Source: Marsupella aquatica (taxonomy: Eukaryota; Plantae; Marchantiophyta). Taken from it: a stretch of 64,000 nucleotides of DNA. The stretch covers positions 16,722,058 through 16,786,057 of the forward strand of contig OZ316897.1 of NCBI GenBank assembly GCA_973895155.1. Direction: 5' to 3'. Made by a program: the position numbers and the translations under genes. The notes under the pieces are model-generated. The model was not told the origin of the DNA and ran no database searches. It saw nothing but the letters and a program-made list of their open reading frames with translations. Of the stretch, positions 45,129 through 56,980 are shown piece by piece (within the stretch, counting starts at the first letter, position 1; every line of letters begins with the position of its first letter).

Positions 45129-47959
45129 GATTTCACATTATTGAGTGCTCATGTTGGACGTACAAATTAGAAGAACTTATGTTCAAATTTGAACTTGGCA
45201 ATGTGCAGTCCCACTTACATGATCAAATTGAAGCAAGAATTCAGTAGCTTCATCGCGCTGATTCAACTTTGAGGTGTGCTGTACTGCATGTCATCGTCGT
45301 CCGGTAAGGTGAGAGTCTTTTAAGTTTATTGGCAAAGATGAGTGCCAATCGTGTAGGCTTTGGACAGTCTCGGCTATTCAGAGACTTCCGAAGGAGTGAT
45401 CTTCAGTTGCATATTAGGGATGACAAATTATGGCGTTGACAGCTGGCTGCTTGTAGGTCTGCAAGTATAGGGAAGATAAAGTGCCCTTGCACCATTTGCA
45501 ATTGTAGGGGTAACCGTGTGAGTGTTCACACAGTCAAGAAGCACCTGTTACTGTACTCCCGACATCCATCTCAGCGACATTGGTGGGGGGATGAATGTGA
45601 CACATCAGATGAGGAGTGGAATGAACACTTATGTGAGGTCAATCCTCCATCAGAGGGTAGCAATATAGATACTGGAGCTATAGGAGGGTCTATCATTGAT
45701 GTAACCTGTGATATGGAAATTCCCCGGTTGTTGGAGGATTTGGCGTTGCCAATGGAAAACCATCCAAGTGATCCTGTAGATGAAAGTCCTTCGAGGGAAA
45801 ATCCAGAGAGAAGTGGGGAAGAGATGTTTAATATGGATGAGCTCTTGGAGTCCACAACTTCCACAGCTCAGGAGTAGACTGGTCGAGAGGAGTGTTGGGA
45901 TCAAGAGTCAGAAGAAAGAATGATGAATGCCTTTACAAAGGCATGTGCGCCTCTATATGAGGGGTGCAATACTTCCCAACTGTCCTTTGTATTGACCTTT
46001 CTGAACACCTGCCATAACAACGGGTTTACTAACTCAGGTGTTGATGAGCTTCTTTCCTTGATGGCAAAACACACTATGCCATCTAAGCATTTGCTTCCTA
46101 AGAATCTGTACGCATGTAAGAAGCTCATTGGTCATCTTGGATTAGATTATGTCAAAATCCATGCTTGTGAGGATGGGTGTGTTTTGTTCAGAAAGGATTT
46201 ATCAGAGTGCGATCACTGTCCAACCTGCAAAAAACCTAGGTACAAGCAGGTTGGGCAGTCAAAGCAGGCAGTCAAAGTTCTCCATCACTTTCCCCTCATA
46301 CCAAGACTGAGAGGCATGTATAGATGTAAAGCCATTTCGGAGCTTATGACCTGGCATGCAGACAATAAGAGCAAGGATGGAAAGGTCCGTCACGTAGCAG
46401 ATTCAAGGGCTTGGGCAGAAGTTGAAGCTAATATAGATGATACTTTTGAGAGTGAGCCACGGAATGTTCATCTTGGATTAGCCTTGGATGGTGTAAACCC
46501 GTTTGGTGAGAACAATCTAAAGCATTCCACATGGCCCGTAATGTTATTAAATTACAATTTGTACCTCCCTGGTTGTCTACTAAGAAGTTTTTTATTATGC
46601 TGTCTTTACTGATTCCTGGACCTGAATCTGTAACTGATCGTAACATAGATATCTACATGGCCCCATTGATAGAAGAGCTTTCAGAGCTCTGGAAAGGAGT
46701 CAAGTGCTTTGATGCACTAGATAGGCCGGGTAAACAAAAGTGGTTTACACTGAGGGCCATTCTATTATGGACAGTGAATGACTATCCAGCTTTGGGCCTC
46801 ATTTCTGGTCAAGTGACCAAAGGATACCATGGTTGTGTAGTGTGTGGACCCAATGTGACTTGTAGAAGGTCCCAGTCTCTATCAAAAAATGTGTTCCCTG
46901 GAAGCCGTAGATGGTTGGAGGCCAATCACAAGTATCCTACTCCTGACTATGCTGCAAAGTTTGATGGAAAGATAGAGTCACGAGGCCCTCCCCCCAGGAT
47001 GACATGCGAGCTAAAGCTGGCTTATGCTGCTGAAGTTGAAGAGTTTCTGAAAAAAGAAGGGGCCAAGCAAGGAAGCAAGCACTGCCCATCAAAGCGCCAT
47101 GGAGTCAAGAGGAAACAGGGTCTTGCCGTGCTGCCATATTGGACTGTGAGTTATCACTTTACCTTTTCTTATCTCTCTTATGTAAACTAGTTATCTACAA
47201 GACTCTTTCGTGTGGAAGTTTGAATTGAACAGCTATTCATCAGTTTTGCTCGAACACATTCTCAGTCTTTGTGAGGGAACAGGCCCACAGTGTTTAATTA
47301 CAGTGTGTAATGTGCTAAGTCGCATAGATGTTTGGCGATCTCTTAGCTGGCAGGCGGTCTGGCTCTTGGATTGATTGTGGGGGCTGCGAGGACGGGCATC
47401 TGTAGAATTGGGTCTTTGCCTAGTTGGCTCTTCAGTTAGTTCTCCAAGGGTCTCTTACCCCTGCTTTGATGACCTGGTACTTTTTGGGTTTTTAGTATTT
47501 ATTTTTGTGTAGGCCTGTGCAAATGAATGAATCAAACAATTAGAATATATTGTTTTGTTTTAAGATTGTAGTATGCATAAATTAATGTTTGAACTAGCGA
47601 GATATGATTAATAATGCTTTGTAGTAGTTCTCAATGCTACCTACAACCGTTTGAAGGGCTGCCTGCAAAACTTTAGAATCTAAATTAAAATCTAATTCAT
47701 TCTGATAAGCAGTAAGGGCCTGTCGTATGATTCCTCCTTTCCTGGTCATCATAGTGCCCTTTCTATTTCTTGTGGTGCCGTCCAAGGCCAGGAACCATGA
47801 TGTAGAGTCGCTTATCTTACGGGTCATGTTGCCTCAATCTGCTATCGCTACCTGTCCACTTCACTTCCTTGGAAAGACTAAGATAACTTAAAAATCCCAT
47901 AGAGTTTGCTCAAAACCCTACAATTTTGTTACTAACAGAACTGTTTCTTCATTAGTATT

Positions 47960-50900
47960 TGTGGTGCGTCCCATGGCTCCCTAAACCCCAGAAACCCCCC
48001 GTCACAAGCCGATTCCCGCGGGTTTCGCGCTTGGCGAGGCCATTTCCGCGGCTTAGTGGCATGGGACGCTGCTAACCTCCTTCTACTACTACTATTAACA
48101 TTTTACACACATATACTGGACAGATCCTTCATCGGGTCATGAGATACGTAGCCGGCCTAATCTAGGCCTTCCCTTGTCTTCCCCTCCATCTTGTTAGGTA
48201 TATTTGGATTCCACCGCCGGAATGATCCCCAATAGGCTTGGTTAAGCCGCTAAGACCTCTCTCAGCTCGACACATCCAACTCTCACTCTCTTGCTTACTT
48301 TCCTTCCTCTATTAGTTGATGTGGGCACTCTTCACACAAGTTAATGCGACACACAAATAGCAAAATGACTCCTTCTGACTGAGTCATACCATGCACTTGT
48401 CATACAAACAGTACATCTCATACACAAGCTCTGCGAACTAAGCCGTGAGGCCAACTCTATTCAGCTCTTAGGCATGAGGAAACATGAATATACACAAAGG
48501 TCACTGTATGACTAACTGAGAGCTTCTCTTACTACTTGATCCCAGCCCGGCTGGTGCAACTAAAAACTTGCTAAAGAAGAGGCCCGGAGCTCCCCGCTGC
48601 CCAGGTACTTATCCTGGTAGTGGATCCGCCTAATTCCTTGTAGCGTAAGCTTAATCTACCTAACTGAATCTACCTATGTACAGCGAGGCAGGAGTACAAG
48701 TGTTGCTCTTACCAGTGGAACCGCAATCCCACTAAGCTAAGTGTTAGGGCCACCTCCTGGTCCTGATCCTAATCCTAAACTTAGAGATCTGAGCCCGCCT
48801 TGCCCACTCACGCCTCCTCCCTCCACGTCCGCCCTCCTTGAAAGGAGTGGCCCTCCACCACCGTCATGGCAGCAGTGGCTGTTCCTCAGTGGACGCCCCC
48901 AACACTTCCACCTCAGCCACTGCCGTAGGTTCGTTCTCTGACAGATTACCTGCCCTTGATTGAGTCAACTCTCCATCGGCCTGACTGGGTCCATCCCCGA
49001 CAACGGCATCGGCTTCAACAGCCTCGGCTACGGCCTCAGCCACGGCTACGGCCTCCCTTGCACACTCAAGTGGCGGATTGGGTACCTCGGCTTCATTACC
49101 GAGTATCCTGGCCTTGGCTTTGTCATCCCCTTCTTCTAGGGTAGTTGGATCCTCTGCCGTAACCCTGCCTGAGGTCGGTGCTGGGTTTACCTCCTTGGTC
49201 ACCACGGCCTGTGGAGCCGTATTACTCCCTGACCCTGAAGGTTTCCGCTTCTTCTTCTTTTCTGGTTTGGCAGTTGGCCCCTTCCCCTTCCCACTTACTT
49301 CCGGCACTAGTGCAAATGGCGCGGCTTGTCCTTCGGCCAGTACCACTCCTGGTAACTTAGTGGCCTCAATTTGAGTTGGCCCTGATGAAGCCAAGCACTT
49401 AAATACTGCGGCTTGTTTCTTCAGCCGCTCCGTTTGGTTGTCGGCTCGTCGTTGTAAGTTCTCTAGCTTCCGCGTGCTTTCCTCCAACTCTTCTTGCACT
49501 TCGTCCAGGTCCTTGCGCGCCTCCTCCAGCTCCTTTTGGGCTTCCTCCAATTCCTGTTTAAACGCAGCTCTCTCCTCCCGGGTCGCTCTTAACTCCTTGT
49601 CGAGCTCTACAATGATGACAGACTCCATCTGGTTCATCTTGGCGTAAGTCTGATCGAGCATATTGTCCTTGTCACGCAGGTCGGCCTTGAAGCTGGCCGT
49701 CAAGGACGCAAGCTCCTGCTGCAGCGCAATAATCCCTTGATAGGATTTCCCCAACTTGGCCTCCTTCTTCTCAAGGGCTCCTCGGATAACCTCGAGCTCC
49801 CCCTTCAATGCCCTTTCCCTTCTCTGGGTCTCCGCCCTGGCCCGGTTGTTGGCTGTTATGTGGGCCTCCTCTGCATCCCTCAGCTCTCGCTTCCACTTCT
49901 CCCGCTCCTTGATCGCATTGGCCAACTCTTCTTGGGTTCGAGTCAATTTATTCTCGATAATCCGATTATCAGACTGTGCGGTATCCAATTGGCCCTGCAT
50001 GATATTTAGCTCATGCCGCTTAATCCGCAGCTCATCTTGGGCTTTCTTGGCCGCCCTCAGGTCTTTGATTTTGGCTTTCCTTGCCCTGAGCCGACGGATG
50101 ACCTCGTCCTTCTTGGTTCTTTCCAAAGCCACCACTTCTTCTAACTGGCGCTCCTCCAACATCTCCCTCTGAAAAAAGGGTCCTTGCTCCAACTCTTCCC
50201 CAAAGATGCTGAGCGCCAGCTCTCCACACATTTCCCCGTACTCCATGGCTCTATTTTTAGCATAGGTGGAGGAAGTAGAAGTCATCGGCATCATCCACCG
50301 CGGCCTGTGCTCCCAAGCCGCCTTGCGGATCTCTTCTATTGTGGCTGGAGGGATGCTTCGTTTTTCTGCAAGCCGCCTGATGTCCTCTGGCTATTCTCCT
50401 CCTGGTAAATCGTTTTCCCTAGCCAGGGCTGCCTCCTCTTCCTCCCTGATTCGCTCCTGAAATTCCCGCGCCGTTTGTTTTATGCCGTCAAAGCTCGGAG
50501 GAGCGACATCTGGTGGGGGAGACTCGGGGCTGCTCTGCTGGCTTGGGTCTCCTCGAACTACTCTTGGGAGCATGGGGATGAACCGGCCACAGGTCCTTAC
50601 TGCTAGAACATGATGATCCGACCCATAGCCGGAGTCATCATTGCTGTAGTCCTCTACTACCTCCTCCTCGGCTTGGACTACCGACTTCTCCCGCTGTTCT
50701 CCTGGTTTTGTTGTGAACACGGCTTCACCTCTCACCGGTCTTGGTTCCTCCTCCGGCTTCCGTGTTGATCTCTTGTTCTCCTTGTCGTGGCCGGGAGCTA
50801 CGGCCTGCTTCTCCTCGGCTTCGGGACTTGAGGCTCCGACTTACATCCAGACTCCCGGCTCGTGTTCCGGCCTCCTTCTCTCCTTGACCCCACTCAAGGG

Positions 50901-52689
50901 GTTTCCCTTGTAAGCCGGCTTAGGCCCACCTCTAGAGCAGTGTCCTACATTGGTGTCGTTGCCGTTGCCATTCTCTTTTCCTTCTCCAGTAATTTCAGCA
51001 GATTCTGCATGCCTGGTTGCTGTATCGGCAAGTCCTCCGTCCTTGGCCTAAACACCTGCTCGATTGTAGGACTATCGGGCGGGTTGGGTTTCTCCATTGC
51101 CGGCGTCTGCTCCGGGATCTCCTCCGGTGCTCTTGCTGATAGGGGAAGTACTGGGGCAAAGATTTGACTTCTGGCATACCGGCACAACAGTAGCATGTGA
51201 TAGCCAAGCCGGGACACGCTTCCCATGCCAATCACCTGCTGTTCCTCCTTCAAGATTTTCTTCAGTTGGTTGAGGAGGTACCCGTTGTAATCCCGGCTTG
51301 GGTCTGGCCTTTCTGCCAGGTAGACCTGAGCCTTGCCGATCTCTGCCCTTGACAAGTTACAGTGCATGGTTACCCGCAAGAAATTGATCATCTCTCCGAT
51401 GTGTGGGTTGGTGCAGGTGTTCCGGAAGAAGCCATTCTTTGTTGATGGTCCTGGGAACAACCAAAACTCCTTGTCAGGTAAGGTCTTCCTGGTATCAACC
51501 TTGGTCTTATTACCCATCGGCAAGCCAAACACTTCAGCAATCACCCGGGGAGTGAGATAGAAATCCTTCCCATACACCCTTGTGGAATTGGTCTCGGACT
51601 CCCATGATCCCACGAATTCTAACAAGTCTGAGTCCGGCACCTCCGGCTTCAGCCATGGTAATCTTACGAAGGCTTCCAAGCCGGATCCGGCCATGAAGCC
51701 TTGGTACTTCTTGGTCTGCATAGCTGTAAAGTATGCATCCTCCTCCCGTGCAAAGTGTAATTGCACTTCCTCCGGTAGGGTCGCCGCCCAGCCTTTCCAG
51801 GTGTCATCGTTTGTTGGAATGGCATTGATGGGGTCGACCTCCTCCTCCTCGGCTTCTCTCTGCCTCCTACTCTGCTGTTCTGCTGGCTTCTTTGGTGTCG
51901 CCGACCTTGTTCTTTTTGCCGGGGTGGCCTCTTCGTTGTTGTTCCCCTTCCTCTTCATCTCTGCTCCCGTGGATGTCTCTCCTAGCACGGTTGCCTTTGT
52001 CCACCCCTCCGTGCTACCCTTCAACTCCCAGTGTATGTTGTTGCAACGTTTGATGGCTTCTCGGATGTCGACAACTCTATCTTCGCAAAACAGCAGGTCG
52101 TCTAGCTCGTTGCCAGTAGGCGTCCACAGGAATTCAGCCTTGATGAGTTCCCCTCCTAAGAAAGCAGCTTTCTGCAGCTCCCACAATCGGGCGAGCTCCT
52201 GCCATTCTCGAGCTGCTCTCTCCGATTCTTTGTCCTCGTAAGTCCCAATGTACTCAGTTGCCCGTTCGAACAGGCATCCCCAAAAATGTGCCGCTTGATT
52301 GACGTTGCTCATACCCTTCTCGAGTTGATAGTCGGTATCTGTTCCCACCCTGAGCGCTTGCCTAAGCAGTTGATAGTAGTTGGCCACCCGTAGTCGCCTG
52401 CCTAGTGCGTGCTTGCAAATGAGCCACTACTCCTCACGAGCGGTCCTTACCCCTCTCCTCCTAAGGTTCTCCCTCCCGTTGGTTACCCCTAGCCGCTGGC
52501 ACTTAGCGTGCCCTAACCCTAATCGTATTCTCTCCCCTGGCGTCCTTACTTCCGGCCTCGGCTCGGGTTCCATAGTCACCCTTAATTGTTTATATTTTTC
52601 CTTATTTATGTAACTATACTAAGGTGTTTCTAGGGTACACTTCCCTTTTCCCCTTAAACTAGCCCAGTGATTCCTGGCTAGGCATCACA
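47960..52689 (-). mobile_element. Solo LTR of the giant-LTR family, diverged subfamily (4730 bp)
   Basis: Both termini present. TSD GTATT (47955-47959 and 52690-52694). Lies in the CACTA transposase intron. Confidence 0.95.
48864..52387 (-). pseudogene. LTR-encoded protein remnant in the diverged solo LTR
   Basis: ORFs 50945-52387, 50391-50735 and 48864-50294 align with the 1129-aa protein and are broken by stop codons. Confidence 0.88.
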
Positions 52690-54933
52690 GTATTCTAAAT
52701 TGTATTCTAAATTAGTCAACTCTGGCCACTGCAATTGGGACGGGAAAATTTGGGAAGAGCCCACTACCAATCGTTGTTTTTTTATTATGGCAGGCGAGCC
52801 ACAGTGGCCACAGTCAGTTTATTTTTCTTTGTATCCATCGCCTATGCATTTCTAAGGTAGATGAATTGGCCACAAGAAATGACTGGTCAAGACTTTGCTC
52901 TCATGTTTATAACTTGTTACTCATGTTCTATTATATCTGGCGTGCAGAAACTTCTGATCAATCATGTCCTTGATCCAATGCACATGGAGAAAAACATTGC
53001 GCATAATCTTATCCACACAACTTCTGGGAAGGACACTGCTGCTGTCCGGAATGATATGCAAGCTGAAGGTGTTCATGAGCAATTGTGCATGAAGCCTCAT
53101 CCAAACCAGAAAAAAGATCACTTTGTGAAACCCAAGGCACCATATGTCATGAGCAAATCAGAGCTCACACAATTTCTGGGAACCTTGAAGTGTCTGAAAG
53201 TTCCCACCGACTTTGGCAGCTCATTAGCTACTTAAGTGTGTGCAGCCTAGCAATAAGCTGGCAGGTATGAAATCTCGCGATTATCATTGCCTAATGCAGC
53301 AGATCCTTCCATTGGCATTGAGGAATTTGATGGACAAGGGACCCCGATTGGCCATTGTGAGTGTGTGCAGAGTTTGGCGTAAGATTTGGTGTAAAGTTTG
53401 GGACCCTACAACAAAGGATGCGTTGATGAAAGATGTAGCACAAACACTCTGTGCTTTGGAAATGCATTTCCCTTCGTCCTTTTTTGATGTTATGACTCAT
53501 CTCATGGTGCATGTAGTGGAAGAGTTGGACATTTGTGGGCCTGTATCACAAAGATGGATGTATCCAGTTGAGCGATACCTCAAGAATCTGAAGGGTTTTG
53601 TACAGAACAAGGCACGACCAGAGGCATCAATGGCAAAAGGATACATTCTCGAAGACGCTTTAGGATCTGTGACAGAGTATATGGTAGACTGCCAATCTAC
53701 AAGGAGGCGTGTTTGGGATGCTAAAGAGGAGGAAGGGGTTAAAGGGGTGGTGTTGGAAGGGGCCTCATGCAAAGTCACTTTGACTGTGGTAGATCGAGAT
53801 GCTGCTCATACATACTACCTACAGAATAATTTTTTGGTAACACCATGGTTGAGGTAAATTGTTACTTGCGCAACTATTATTTATGACAAACTTTGTAACT
53901 TGCTGAAAATTATTCAGATATTGTAATTAGTGGTTGATATTGTACGTTTTTGGATTGGTTTGCAGGCTCTATGAGAATGCAGAGGAAGAGAGAAGAAGAC
54001 AGAGGGAAGCTTTTGTCCAACAAAATAACCAGACACGGCCTCCACGCAGTCGTAGAGCAGCAACTTATCCTCAAGAATTGGAGGAAATTCCCTTTGGGGT
54101 TTGGTTTAGGAATGAGATTTCCGAAGCTAACCTTGATGATGATGAAAACAAGTTGTTGTTGACGGCTATTTCCTTTCCCCCAAGCCAACATGGTCTGACT
54201 TATACTTCAATGAAGGCTTATGGAATCATTACAGGGTAATGTGCTGTAAAGGAAGGGATGGTAGTTGGCGTGAGCTATCCCATCTTAGGGACACAGATTG
54301 TCAAGGGTACGCTACATTTGACAGTGGGCTGGCCACCACTTTCCACGAGCAGAGAAGGGATCAATCAGGAGTTGCTTTGGCTAAGCAAACCTACGTTGGG
54401 GTTCTCACCCAGATTCTTAAACTTGACTATGGACCACTATTGCGTTCAGAACCAGCCATTATCCTCAAGGCAAAATGGGTCCGGTCAAAGTGGGGACCAG
54501 ACAATACTGGTCCATCTATGAAACATGATGAAACTGGTCTCTGGCTGGCCAACTTTAACATGCCTTATCCTGCAGCCGAGAAGTTAGACTATGTCTTGCC
54601 TGGTCAAGTTGAGCAAGTTTTCTTCTATCCTAACGAGGCTAGAACCTCATGGAGGCATGTCCTTCATAAGGAGGGAAGGTCTCATAGAGTTGTTGAGGGT
54701 ATCTATGATGTTGAATACAATGATCTTGTAGACCATCACGAGGTAGTTGAAGTAGAGCTTGTTGCAGCTGCTAACCGTGCTATGCCATTGGAGGAAGGAG
54801 AGAGCTTAGTCGCTTAGCAAACAGTTGCAAGGGTGACAGATGAATCAGTTGAAGAGATAATACAGGATGATGTTTGGGAAGATGAGGAAGATTCTGAGGA
54901 AGAGTAACTGTGTGGCTGTGTTGGTAGTGTGTG

Positions 54934-56612
54934 GATGCAGAACTCAAGTGATTCGGTCTTGGATTCGGCTGATGAGTCCCCAGAAGAGTCAAATGCTGAA
55001 CTCACAGCCTATGAGTTGGAGAGATTGAGGAACATAAAAGCAAACAACGCCTTCATTGCAGCTGTTATTGGAAAATCTGCAGCAGATTTGAATAGGTCTT
55101 GAATATATAGTCCCTCCCAACTTTGGTAGTCCACTTTAATTCAATCTTTATATGATTAACATTAGAGTAGAATTTGTATGCGTCCAGTGGCCTGGGAATT
55201 GCTATTGGCATTGTTAAATAATGTGGCCTTTGAAAATTTGCATGAATGACATTAATTAACATTAGTTTGGGTTGATGAAAGGCAGTTCAGAAGGTGTGGG
55301 AAGAAGCAAAACAAAACGTGTTTATAGAAAGAAACCAGCGCAATTTCAGGTACCTTCTCTACCAACAAGGAAGAGTGCAAGGCAGCAAGCGATGAACATA
55401 CCAACTATAGCAGACAACGGCTCAGATATTGAGGGTAGTGAGCGGTCAGAAGGTACACCTTACAGTGACTTTGGGAATGAGGGAGGCGCCGACTGGGGGA
55501 ATTGTGACGACGAGATAACCATTGGGGACAAACAACGCGCAGGGGTACGTGTCTAATTAATTTTTCAATTTTTTGCTGTGCTGTGAAGGACACCAATTAC
55601 GGTGCTATATCTTACTAATATATGAAATATGTCCGCAACTTATAAGAATATTGAAGACATTTAGTAAATGTACTGATTGTTGATTGTATATTGTTTCAAG
55701 CTGTCTCACACACCTCTGCTAAGTATTATAAAGATCCCATCACGGGAGTTGTCAGCTTGCGTAAGTTTCCACCTGTACTAGCTTCTTTACATTAGCTATG
55801 TATGAATTTGAATATGACAGCCTATGATTGTGATTGAATGTAAAATATGATGGGATGGTGGCAAATTCTAAGTCTGAACTAAGATGTAAATCTTTGATAT
55901 TGTAGTGACCCCTATCCCTCAGGGAAGTGCTATGATGGCCAGTGCAAGTGGACCGTCCCAACAGTCAATTATGCGGCAAATGTCTCAAGCTGCAAAGAAA
56001 CATTGGGTGGATCACACAGCTGAGAGAAGTAAATTGGGCATGAAGAAAGCAAGTATTCAGGTACCATGCCAACTTTAATTCAAACTCTTCTAGCAGATCA
56101 ACATAGGATCAAAATAGGATGCTTGCCAATTTTTAAATAGAAGTTGGAAACAGCCCCAACCTTTATCCTACTGACAGCATCGGTTAGTTTGAATCAATCA
56201 CAATCGACAATGATGTCTCGTGTGCAGATTTGGAATGGTGATATTGATGCAAGTGACCAGTTCCAGGGATGTTGGGCAGACGACCTTCGTGCAGCTTGTG
56301 TTGGCAGACTCTACCCTTTCGTGCGTAACATTGCTAAGCAAGACAAGGACATTATTATCCATTTGTATGATGTGATAGCTACTAATTGGCAGTATAGGGG
56401 GGACTTTGTCTGAGAAGAAGTTCAGGTCCCACTTGTCAAAAATAATGAAGGCTCAACGTGCAAAACTTCACAAGCATTTTCAAGCGATTGGGAAGCGCTT
56501 GGACAAGAAGCCTCCTGAAAATGTCAAGCCTGAGCAATGGAAAACACTTTGTGAGTGGTGGTTGTCCCCAGAAGGACTAACCAGCATTCAGAAAATGACT
56601 AGAGCGAGAGCA
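54934..56612 (+). pseudogene. CACTA second gene (TnpA/Ptta-like), multi-exon, cut at 56613 by a nested CACTA insertion
   Basis: LTAYELERLRNIKANN and QRAKLHKHF..KKPPENVKPEQWKTLCEWW motifs lie downstream of the transposase. Confidence 0.6.
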
Positions 56613-56980
56613 CACTAGAAGAAAACAGGGCCCTTTATGACCAATCACCCAATGACAGAGATGAATAAATGACCAAAAGTTTTAATGACACAAAAAGAAT
56701 GACAGGGGAATGACTGTCCACAATGACCAATAGACTGAAATGACAAAATGTTAATTTTTTCGTCATTTTGTATAATGTCTATAATGACTGATGCGACCAA
56801 AATGACCCAATTTCCCTAAATGGTCAATTTAGACACATGTCTTAAATGACACAATTAATAACAAAAATGATAAATCAGTGTTTAGCAACATTATAGTCAC
56901 TCTGGACAATGAATGAAATGACTAAAAATCTATTTGGATCATTTTGGACAACGGTGATAAATGACAAAAAATGTATTATC

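Larger units (their letters stand above)
45338..54910 (+). pseudogene. CACTA (En/Spm) TnpD-type transposase, decayed; an intron holds a solo LTR
   Basis: IKCPC (transposase-associated domain); KIHACEDGCVLF..CPTC..RY; RNVHLGLALDGVNPF..HSTWPV; NDYPA..GYHGCVVC; DPMHMEKN; FFDVMTHL..WMYPVERY..ARPEASM (DUF4218-like); QVEQVFF (DUF4216-like). Stops at 45437 and 45875, and several frameshifts. Confidence 0.92.

Noticed and set aside
47250-47263. ACACA followed by TTCTC as the 3' end and TSD of the element starting at 33298
   Set aside because: The match to the TGTGACGC terminus is poor and the site lies inside a CACTA intron. It is probably a chance match.
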